A stretch of DNA of 64,000 nt from Gracilinanus agilis (taxonomy: Eukaryota), in the NCBI RefSeq assembly GCF_016433145.1, contig NC_058133.1, positions 461,318,368 to 461,382,367 on the forward strand, given 5' to 3'. Of this stretch, positions 23,501 to 33,710 are shown piece by piece (position 1 is the first letter of the stretch; each line of letters begins with the position of its first letter). Below the pieces are notes generated by a model, which saw nothing but the letters and a program-made list of their open reading frames with translations, was not told the origin of the DNA and made no database searches. The position numbers and the translations under genes were made by a program.

Positions 23501-26500
23501 TCTAGTTCAGTCATATTCTATGTTTAACTGGAACCCTGGGAAGAGAGAAGCCCTTAATGAATTAAACTTATCTTTCCATTGCAGAAATCCCAACCTGAAA
23601 ACTCTCCTGTCCATTGGAGGTTCTAAATTTGGTTCCAAAGGGTAAGCACATAAGCTTTATCATTTACTTCTATAAATACATTTTATTTAATCTTACTATG
23701 TGTCAAGCATTGTGCTAAGCTCTAGGGATACAAAGAAAAAGCAAAGACAATGCTTGCCCTCAGGGAAATTACATTCTAATAGATTGGACATGTTTATTCC
23801 CATGGCCAGGGCACTTCCTATGTGCTATCCCCAGCACTTACCTTCTCCTGAGAAATTATGCATTGATCATGTTCTCCATTTTCTAAACTGAGTAATTGAG
23901 GCCAGAAGGAGTAGCCAATGATATGTTTAGTCATCATTTGCCCAGGAAAAGTTTATTGAAGGACCTGTTTGTGGAGAGCACTGAAGGATGACACAAATGC
24001 CAGGGGAAGACACAAATTTTAGAAATGAAACAGACCCTGCCTTCATGGAGTTTACAGTTGAGTTGGAGGATATAACACATAGATTATAATATACACTAAT
24101 ACATAGCAAGTTCATTAGAGAATTAGAATTGCTATATTCAGTGTAAGTAGAAAGATGATTACTGATGGGGGAGTAATAGGAAAGGCTCCATGAAGGAAAT
24201 GGGATTGGAGAAAGGAATTCAACTGACAAAGAGGGAGAAGAAAGCTATTCGAGGCATAGAGATCAGTGTGAACAAAGGTACAGAATCTGAGCCCTTAGAA
24301 GTTTGGGAGGCCAAGGGTAGTTCATTCTGATTAGAGCTTTTAAGTGTCCAGGCAGAGAGATTAATACAAGCTAAAGTTAGAAAGGAAGGAAGGTGCTAAA
24401 TTGTGGAATTCCTTGAATTCTTGCCTACGAAATTTAAACATTATTTTGTAAGCAATAGGTAGTCAATAGAGTTTGTTTTTTAAATCCATACTTTTTGTCT
24501 TAAATCAATACTAAGTATATTGATTATAAGGCAGAAAAGGATGGTAGTAAGGACTAGACAATTGGGCTTAGATGACCTCAGAATAATACAGGTAGGTAGT
24601 GTCTGAGGCCACATTTGAACCCAGGACCTCCTGTCTCCAAGCCAGGTGTTCTTTCCATTGAGTCACCAAGCTGCCCCATCAATAGAGATTTTTGAGCAGA
24701 ATGAGATGACATAAGAAAGATTATTCTGATAGGGCCATGAAGAATGGATGATGGGATGGGAGGACTGTTCTTCAGGCAGTAATACTTGTTAGAAGGATGA
24801 TTGCAAAAGTCCTGACTGAGCTGTAGTAATGAATATAAAGTAGAGAAGAGACAGTGGGATTAGAGAAGAAGGGAGAGATGTGATAAAAATAACATTTAGT
24901 TGTTGTTCAGTTGTGTCTGACTCTTCATTGACCCCATTTGGGACTTCCTTGACAAAGATATTGCAATAGTTTGCCATTTCCTACTCCAACTGGCTTTATA
25001 GATGAGGCAATTTAGGCAAATAGGGTTAAGTGACTTGCCCAGGGTCACACAGCAGTAAATATTTAAGACCAGATTTGAACTCACCGAGATGAGTCTTCCT
25101 GACTCCAAGTGCAGCACTCTATCCACTAAGCCACTAGCAGCAAATACATGTAAAATCCTCTGTAAACTTGTAAGTGTTGCATCAATACCAGCTATTATCA
25201 AAGGATGAGGGTGGATGCACTTCAAAGGAGAATAAATGAGTGGATCGAAAAGTACTTACTAAGTACTTCAGGCAGAAAATAAAAAGTAAATCTGAACCTG
25301 CCCTCAAGGAGCTTACCTTTTTATTGGAAGAGATCATACATTGAGAGAAGTGGTGTCCAGGGAAACCTGTTTTGATCCACACTCTAGGAAATGAGAGGGA
25401 TACTGACTACAATAGACAGTTTCTTGACATACTTTTTCTATGGTGGTATTGATTTGATTATAGTTCTTATAACTATATAACTATAGTCCTTATTACTCTT
25501 ACAGAGTAAGAGGTAAAAGAGTTGTAGAATGCAGAAAATGCAGTCATTCTAAATCTTCATTCTAACAAGTGAAGATGGTGGTCTCTGGGTCCATGAAATC
25601 TGACCTGAGTATTTTTGCTCTGCTCATGCATGGTTTCTGGAGATCCTGTTTAGATGATAGGAATGAGGCTACCATTGTGAACTTCCATTGGCTCTTGGGT
25701 AACATGCTTAGCAGGATAGCTAAGTGGATAGGATGCCAGGCCTGGAGTAAAGAAGACTCATCTTCCTGAGTTCAAATCTGGTCTCAGACAATTACTAACT
25801 GGGTGACCTTAGACAAGTTACCTAACCCTGTTTGCCTCAGTTTCCTTATCTGTAAAATGAACTGGAGAAGGAGATGTCAAACCACACCAATGTGTCTGCC
25901 AAGAAAATCCTAAATGGGGTCATGAAGAGTTGGACACAGCTAGAAGACAATGAACAAGTTATGCTTTTGACCTTTCCAAAAGACATCAGAATTATTTCTA
26001 CCAGGTTCCATCCCATGGTGGATTCTTCAGAATCAAGATCAACTTTTGTCAACTCTGTGATCCCATTCCTGAGAAATGCTGGCTTCGATGGGCTGGATAT
26101 AGACTGGATCTACCCGGAGTTGAATGAAAAACCTTTTTTTGCTTCTCTGATTCACGTATGGTCAAATCTCAAGGAGTGGTTGCTTTATTCCTCCATATTG
26201 GGTATAGAATCCAACACTGATACATAGAGAGCAGGAGCCCTGATCCTCAACTGCTGGGATCTCTCAGTCTATTGGAGAAAACCCAGTCCCTTCCCTCAGA
26301 GAACTCTCTTTCTGTCTGAAGGAGCAGATTGGGTCCTCTCTTTGGATCTGTCCCAGTACAATAGGAGGATAGTTTGAGTCCTCAAGTCCTGAGTCCTAAG
26401 GAGAGGGATGTTATGAATCATATGGAGTTGAATGAGAAGTAGTCCTCTTAATCCTTTCCTAGGCACCAGAAGGTAGACCTTTTTCTAATCTTTGAGGGAC

Positions 26501-29500
26501 CCCAAGAGGATAGGGATGGGTTGCCCATATGCCTGGCCCTTGGGGGATTGTCCTTTCCTAACTAATAAGATTCCCAAGTTTCCAGGGCTTTCTCAGGAAA
26601 GGAGAGTAATTGCTTTGTGTCATTACCCAAGCCCCAAGCTAGAATCTTGTTCTCTAACTCTGAAACTTAGGAATCTTTCTTCTTATGTCCTATAGGAGTT
26701 AGCTGTTGCCTTTCAGGAAGAGGCCAAAAAATCTAGAAAAGAGAAGCTTCTCCTGACTGCAGGAGTGGCCGCAGGAAGACAAAAAATTGATAACAGTTAT
26801 TCGATCAAGGAACTGGCGAGGTGAGGATTAGTGGGATCATCTGATCTATTCCTTTGCCTTTAACGCAGTTTGGACAAATGACCTGCTGGGTATGGCATGT
26901 GAAGAAGAGGAGGATGTTTCCTGTTTTCAAAGATTTCTCCTGAAGGTTTCTTTAATTAACTGGCCAGACTCCAAACTCCTCACATTTGGGAAGTTTGGCC
27001 TTCTTTCAAACCACAATCCTTCATGCTATTATACCTTAAGTTTAATATTCATGGTCTCTTATAGTTTCTTGTGGGTTCTCAGAAAAACTTCACTTCTTTT
27101 GGTCTCTGAATTCTCTAGTGATGTGGATTTCATCAATCTCCTGACCTTTGACTTCCATGGATCCTGGGACAATCCCCTGGTTACTGGCCACAACAGCCCT
27201 TTGAGGAAAGGAAGCCAAGACCAAAGGAACAGCGCTTACTATAATGTGGTAGGATGGAGGACCTGAGAAGGATTACCAAAGGAGAGAGGCTTTTTAAAAA
27301 ACTTAGACTTTATTAATCATTCATCATTTGATACATTTTGGGAGATCTAGTACAGAAATACAATTTATAAATATGTCATTTATATGTGAATAGAAAAGTT
27401 CAGTCTTCTTGGTTTCCAGAATCTGGGTTCAAATTCTGGCTCTGATTTTTACTCTGTATGCTTATTTCTATATCTGAAATCTGCTTCTTTTTTTCCTTTT
27501 TTTTTTTATACCCTTACCTTCTACCTTAGAATCAATACTAAGTATTGGTTCCAAGGCAGAAGAATGGTAAGGGCTAGGCAATGGGGGTTAAGTGACTTGC
27601 CCAGGGTCACACAGCTAGGAAGTGTCTGAGGCCAGATTTGAAGCTAGGATCTCTTGCCTCTAGGCCTGGCTCTCAATCCACTGAGCTGCCCCGCTGAAAT
27701 CAACTTCTGAAAAAGATGGCTGACCTGGATCATTTCTAAGTGCCTTTCATAGCTCTGAGTCTTATGATTCAAAGTGTTTTCTACCCTAGGGGACTCCTTG
27801 TCCCAGGTACCTCTCCTCCCAACTCCCCTCTCATCATGTCAATTTGTATAATTCATCCAACAAAAATTTCATGTGCATTCACCATGCGTGGAAGTACTTG
27901 GAATAAGGAGAATAAGTTCCATCTCGGTTCCTTTCTGGCCTCCACCGGAATCCAAAAAGAAAAAAAAAACAAATAAACAAACCCAAACCAGCCTCTCTTT
28001 TACTCTTACCTGTGCAAGTGAATGACTTTTTGAGACCAGAGAATAACAAGTCCCCCTCCATCCCTGTCCCCAAGACAAATGCCAGGAGTAGCCAATAAAG
28101 AGGTTGGATGAAATCAGTAGCCTTGATAACAAGACCTACATGTCTGGTTGGCCAATTTCCTTTTAAATTCACTTCCTTCTTTTAGAGTCAGGGAATCCAT
28201 ATAAAGACCAATTAGCAATTTATTGCCAGGGATCAAAGCATACCCTACCCCCTCCCCAAATAAAATCAAGTCTCTCCATCTCCCAAGATGGAGAAGCTGA
28301 GGTTTAGAGCAGGGAGGTCAAAAGTGTTAGATCTCAGTGAGCTGGGGGTGGAGGCAGAGACAAGGCTTAGTTCTTCTGTTCCTCTTGGATCTCTGTTCAC
28401 TTGTCATTTGCCTTCCCTCCTCAGGAATATGCGGTGAACTATTGGAAGAATCAGGGCATGCCAGGGAAGAAGATTGTCATGGGCATCCCTATGTATGGCC
28501 GCTCCTTCACCCTCTCTACGCCTGTATCTAACACAGGTGTGGGGGTCCCTGCCAAGAGTGCTGGAACTCCTGGCCAATTTACTGCAGAGGAAGGCTTCTT
28601 AGCCTATTATGAGGTACCTAAGAATATTCACCTGCCCTAAACTTCCTGCTACATGACAGTCAGGTGGGATGCTCAGCCCAGAGTAGACAGGGGAAATAAG
28701 TCCCCAGGAGGCCAGTCCCCTTAGTCAAAGGGCTCCCAAGCTCAGGCCATTGCTAGTCTATGCTGGGCCATGGATGGGGATAGGGGGAGGGGTCCCTTGC
28801 TACCTTTCAATCTTCTCAAGAATATATGCCAAAAAGTGCAAATAACTCTGAAAGCCAATGGATCAATAATTCAACAAACACGGAGAACCTACCAAAGGTA
28901 AGGCATAATAGGGACCACAAAAATGAGTAAGACAATCCCTTGCCCTTTTTGGTCTGATGGTATAGCTGGGAAGACAGAACATGACTAATTCTGTCCAGAA
29001 CCAGAGGGCAAATCTAGGAATAGTGAGTAGAAGCTGTAGAATCAGATTTCAGTGGCTACAAGAGAAAACAACTGTTAGAGCCCATCCAAAAAGAGAATGG
29101 ACTCTTGGAAGGAATCTTCCCTCACACACATCTTAAATGCATAAGATAAAATATATCAGATTACTAAGGAAACCAGTAATCAAAATATTTTTTAAACCCT
29201 TAACTTCTATGTATTGGCTCCTAGGTGGAAGAGTGGTAAGGGTGGGCAATGGGGGTCAAGTGACTTGCCCAGGGTCACACAGCTGGGAAGTGTCTGAGGC
29301 TGGATTTGAACTTAGGACCTCCCGTCTCTAGGCCTGACTCTCAATCCACTGAGCTACCCAGTGGCCCCCCAATGATCAAAATATTAAAATGAAACAAAAC
29401 AAATCCATAGACTTCCCCTGAAATCTATCCAGGGTCTGTCTATAAATTCCAGGCTAAGCATCTCTACACTAAAAGAATCTAGGGCTAACTGCTTTCTCTA

Positions 29501-32483
29501 TTCCTCTCCCCTGCTTCCTCCCTTATTCTCTTAGGTCTGCCAGTTCCTACAAGGTGCCACTATCACAAAGATCCCAGAACAGCAAGTTCCCTATGCAGTG
29601 AAGGGCAACCAGTGGGTTGGCTTTGATAATGTAGAGAGTGTGGAGACCAAGGTAAGTGTGACCAAGGTGACAAGGAAAGAACTCTGGCCAAACTTAGGAC
29701 ACAAAGAAAGGAGGCATAGAAGCCCCCAGGGTGGCTCTAGCATGAAGTTCTAATGGTTCTTTAGAGTAAGATAAAGAGTGAGGCAAAAAAGGCCCATGAA
29801 GATCAGAGCCATAGGAGGCTGAAAGGGAGGAAGGTGGAGAAGAAATGAAGGAAGAGAAGATCAGAGCAAGAGAGGAAGAAAATAGGAAAAGAAAGGGAGA
29901 AAGGAAGGAAGGAGAGAAAAAGGAAGAAAAAAGCAAAAAAGTGAAGGAAGGAAGAAAGGAAGGAGGAAAGGAAAGGGAAGGAACCAAAGAAGGAAGGAAG
30001 AGAGGAAAGAAGAAAATGAGTAAAGAAAAAAGCAAGAAAGGAAAGGAGAAAGCAAAGAATGAAGAAAGAGAGGAAAACATAAAGGAAACAAANNNNNNNN
30101 NNNNNNNNNNNNNNNNNNNNNNNNNNNNNNNNNNNNNNNNNNNNNNNNNNNNNNNNNNNNNNNNNNNNNNNNNNNNNNNNNNNNNNNNNNNNNNNNNNNN
30201 NNNNNNNNNNNNNNNNNNNNNNNNNNNNNNNNNNNNNNNNNNNNNNNNNNNNNNNNNNNNNNNNNNNNNNNNNNNNNNNNNNNNNNNNNNNNNNNNNNNN
30301 NNNNNNNNNNNNNNNNNNNNNNNNNNNNNNNNNNNNNNNNNNNNNNNNNNNNNNNNNNNNNNNNNNNNNNNNNNNNNNNNNNNNNNNNNNNNNNNNNNNN
30401 NNNNNNGAAGGAAGGAAGGAAGGAAGGAAGGAAGGAAGGAAGGAAGGAAGGAAGGAAGGAAGGAAGGAAGGAAGGAAAAAGAGAGGGGAGGGAGGAGGGA
30501 AGGTTGGAAGGAAAAAAGTAGGGAAGAAAGACAGTAAAGAGAGAAAAAGAAGTATTGAAGTTCCCTCACTCTTAATCTCAGGGAATTTTCTGGAGCAAAG
30601 ACATCAGGTACTTGACCTTGTTCTGCCCAAGGACTGTTGGAGAAGGCTTTCTTGTTTCCATAGTCTATTCTACTTTTGCCCCTTTCAGTTGGCATCACCC
30701 ATTTGGCCACCTCCAAGGCAATTGTAACTGAAACTGCCTCTTTCTAGGATGCCTGGTCCTAGAGTCCTAAGCACTTGCAGAATATCTGGGAATCCTGGAA
30801 TCAGTGTCTGAGTCGATTGTTCCATGGACTGTTGTTATATAGGGGAGAAAGGTGGGGGAAGGGAATGAGGGGATCTACTCTGTCCTCCAAAGATACAAAG
30901 ATACAGGCTCCCTCACTTGCCCCTTCCTGTTAGGAAGTCCTTTTGTCTGTCTAATCTAAATGTTTACTGCTAAATTATTAACCCATTCCTTCATGTGGAC
31001 CAGAGTATAATTTAGACCCATTCCTAGAGACCTAGGGGACCACTAGGTGCCCTTTCCAGACTTCCTGCCCACATTCCTGTATATTTCCTTCAGGTCCAGT
31101 TCTTGAAGAACTCAGGATTGGGAGGGGCCATGATTTGGTCCATTGACCTGGATGACTTTACTGGTGAATTCTGCAAAGAGGGCCCATTTCCACTCCTCCA
31201 GGCAATCAGGAAGAAACTAGGCACTGCCAATAAAGGTATTGAAAGTGGGAAGGAACAGCTGCCCATCAGAAGTAGTTACGTGAAGTGGCAAGAGCTCTGA
31301 ACTTCAAGTCAGAAGACCTGAATTCAAATTCTAACTGTTGAATATTTGTTGTTGTTCCATCATTTAAGTCATACCTGATTCCTCATCATTCCATATGGGG
31401 CTTTCTTGGCAGAAACACTGAAGTGGTTTATCATTTCCTTCTCCAGCTCATTTGACAGATGAAGAAACTGAGGCAAACAGGATTAAATGATTTACCTAGG
31501 GTCACACAGCTTTAAAAAAATGGTGTCTGAAACTGAATTTGAATTCAGGTCTTCTGACTCCAGGCCCAGTACTCTATCCACTGCACCATCTAACTGCCCA
31601 AAACTCAGCTGAATACTACTAGTTGTATAACTTTGATCAAGATACTTCCTCAAGTTGTATAACTTTGATCAAGATACTTCCTAAGTTTCGTTATCTGTAA
31701 AATGAGGGAGTAAGACAATAAGTTCAAGGAACTTTTTGAGCTCTGACATTCTATAATAATATAAGATTGTAGGAACAATATACAAATGCATATGAGTATT
31801 TGTATAGTTATACAGACATTCTTTCCTTTACTTCTCATCACTGCTCCAGGAAGTTCCTCTAGACCTTCTTCTTCTTCTTCTTTTTTTTTAATTCTTACTT
31901 TCTATCTTAGTAACAACTCTAAGATGGAAGGGTAAGGGCTAGGCAAATGGGGATAAATGATTTGCCCAGGGTCATATAGCTAAGAAGTGCCTGAGATCAA
32001 ATTTGAACTCAGGTTCTCCCAACTCCATACCTGCCATTCTATCTACGGAGCCACCTAGGTACCCCACATTCCTTTTTTTTTTTTTTTTTTTTTTAACAAT
32101 TCTTACCTTCTGTCTTAACGCTGATACTAAGTTTTGGTTCCAAGGCAGAAGAGCTATAAGGGCTGAGCAACTGGGTTTAAGTGACTTGCCCAGAGTCACA
32201 CAGCTAGGAAGAGTCTGAGGTCAAATTTGAACCCAGTTCTCCCCTACTTCAGCCCTGGGGCTCTATCCAGTGATCCATATAACCACCCTTCTAGAGCCTA
32301 TTCTGATCTCTTAATTCTCTCAAGCTTGACAGACAAGCAAAAAGAAAAATTAAACTAAACAAGAATAAAACCAGAGCCCTCTGATGTAATAGTTGATCAA
32401 ACCTTTGATCAAGTCCTCATTTCAAGAGTAGAGGGTATTGGTTTTGATCTTCTTGTTCTCTTTTCTTTTTATTTACAGGTTAA
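17512..32483 (+). CDS. CHI3L2: Chitinase-3-like protein 2 (YKL-39 ortholog), GH18 chi-lectin, 390 aa, 11 coding exons
   Basis: Coding exons 17512-17536, 19645-19674, 20980-21181, 23585-23641, 26005-26155, 26696-26820, 27119-27248, 28425-28613, 29535-29651, 31094-31235, 32479-32483 (25+30+202+57+151+125+130+189+117+142+5=1173 nt), all GT-AG with matching phases. Translation [31 protein letters not shown]...[13 protein letters not shown]...[11 protein letters not shown]...[10 protein letters not shown]...[19 protein letters not shown]...[14 protein letters not shown]...KLGTANKG* shares motifs I recognise as diagnostic of human CHI3L2 ([29 protein letters not shown]). The last 5-nt exon is inferred from splice signals. 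Confidence 0.93.
20145..20380 (-). mobile_element. MAR1-like SINE
   Basis: TACTGGAGTGGTTTGCC...GAGGAAACTGAGGCACACAGGGTTAAGTGA...; similar copies near 5330, 10215, 24900, 31345, 38170, 62860 (minus) and 25715, 50990 (plus). Confidence 0.75.
21672..22611 (-). mobile_element. Solo LTR of the same family, antisense in CHI3L2 intron 3, with a nested SINE1 (about 21815-22005)
   Basis: Reverse complement matches 10733-11400 (CTGACTCCTTCTTGTGACTCA, CCTGCTGTTTA, CCTTAACCAAG, CATTTCCTCAGTCATTTCA). Confidence 0.65.
27490..27692 (-). mobile_element. SINE1_Mdo-like SINE in CHI3L2 intron 7
   Basis: Full-length antisense copy. Confidence 0.85.
29187..29370 (-). mobile_element. SINE1_Mdo-like SINE in CHI3L2 intron 8
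   Basis: Full-length antisense copy. Confidence 0.85.
29820..30540 (+). repeat. GA-rich low complexity with (GGAA)n microsatellite, spanning a gap (30093-30406), in CHI3L2 intron 9
   Basis: Pure GGAA run at 30407-30476. Confidence 0.95.
31621..31682 (+). repeat. Exact 30-bp tandem duplication (period 32)
   Basis: AGTTGTATAACTTTGATCAAGATACTTCCT at 31621-31650 and 31653-31682. Confidence 0.95.
31880..32285 (-). mobile_element. Two adjacent SINE1-like copies in CHI3L2 intron 10
   Basis: Antisense copies at about 31880-32062 and 32070-32285, the second with a long poly-T. Confidence 0.8.
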
Positions 32484-32672
32484 ACTAGAAACAGAAATGT
32501 CTGGATATTCCTCTGTCTTAGAAATGGTTTGAAGATTGATGTCCTAAGACTAAGAGTATCTTTGCCTTCCTATCCACTCCTGCTTAGTTACACTCAAGGT
32601 AACTCAGTGCAAAGACCAGAGACAGGCTTTCTCCATCAGACAGCTGCACTTCATTCTTGCACCATTTTCTCA

Positions 32673-32678
32673 AATAAA
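32673..32678 (+). terminator. CHI3L2 polyadenylation signal AATAAA
   Basis: AATAAA about 190 nt after the stop in the inferred terminal exon that begins at the strong acceptor ttttctttttatttacag (ends 32478). Confidence 0.65.
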
Positions 32679-33066
32679 ATGTAAATGATTCAACCTAAGA
32701 AAATCTAGTGCTGCTCCTTTGCCCTTCTGTTATTCTGTCTTCACATTCAGATTGGCTCAAACTTCTTGAGCTTCAAGTCATTCAGCCTCCTAATTTGAGA
32801 CCAAACCGTGCTTTTTTCATTAATTTTCTCATTATCCTACTCAATCTCCCACTTCCACCTCTGCTTTCTAAAACACTCTCATGGAAGACTAGGAGACATT
32901 TCTGTGGTGCATCCATCACTGAATCTAGAAAAGTGTTTTGCCTTCTTCCATCCAAGATTTGGAAATGAAGTCAAGGAAGAAAGAAGAGTCGGTATATTGA
33001 TTTTGCTTCTTAATGGCCACACAGAAACAAGTGATCAGCTTAATGTGCCCTCAAGAATTATTTGGG

Positions 33067-33710
33067 GAAGAGATAATAAGGAAAAAGACTGGTACAAAAA
33101 TATTTATAGCTGTGCTCCTTGTGGTGGCAAAAAATTGGAAAATGAGGGAATGCCCTTCGATTGGGGAATGGCTGAACAAATTGTGGTATCTGTTGGTGAT
33201 GGAATACTATTGTGCTCAAAGGAATAATGAACTGGAGGAATTCCATGTGAACTGGAACAACCTCCAGGAATTGATGCAGAGTGAAAGGAGCAGAACTAGG
33301 AGAACCTTGTACACAGAGATGGATACATTGCGGCACAATCGAATGTAATGGACTTCTCTACTAGCAGCAATGCAATGATCCAAGACATTTCTGAAGGACT
33401 TATGAGAAAGAACACTATCCACATCCATAGAAAGAACTGTGGAAGTAGAAACACAGAAGAAAAACAACTGCTTGATCAAATGAGTCAACGGAGACATGAT
33501 TGGGGATGTAGACTAAGTGATCACCCTCAAACAAATATCAATAACATGGAAATAGGTCTTGATCAATGACATGTGTAAAACCCAGTGGAATTGTTTGTTG
33601 GCTATGAGAGGGGGTGTGAAGAGGGGAAGGAAAGAACATGAATTATGTAACTAAGGAAAAATATTCTAAGTAAATTAATTAAATAAAAATTTTCAGTTCA
33701 AGGAAAAAAA
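33067..33710 (+). mobile_element. Younger 5'-truncated L1 between the two genes
   Basis: ORF2 C-terminal remnant (KIFIAVLLVVAKNWKMRECPSIGEWLNKLWY), 3' UTR, A tail, and 14-bp TSD AAGAATTATTTGGG / AAGAATTCTTTGGG (33053-33066, 33711-33724). Confidence 0.9.

Noticed and set aside
29694-30716. Longest ORFs in the track (340 aa minus, 230 aa plus)
   Set aside because: Translation of a GGAA/GA-rich repeat and an N gap inside CHI3L2 intron 9.
17512-32483. Calling the first gene CHI3L1 or a pseudogene
   Set aside because: [16 protein letters not shown] and WIYP motifs match CHI3L2 (CHI3L1 has WLYP), and all exons are open and in phase with an intact TATA box and polyA signal.
32600-32660. Possible nucleotide remnant of the CBM14 end (ACAGGC...GCTGCAC) in the CHI3L2 3' UTR
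   Set aside because: Spacing differs from chitinase last exons and the matches are short enough to be chance.
33013-33569. 111-aa and adjacent ORFs as a host gene
   Set aside because: They are the C-terminal ORF2 remnant and 3' UTR of a truncated L1 with TSDs.
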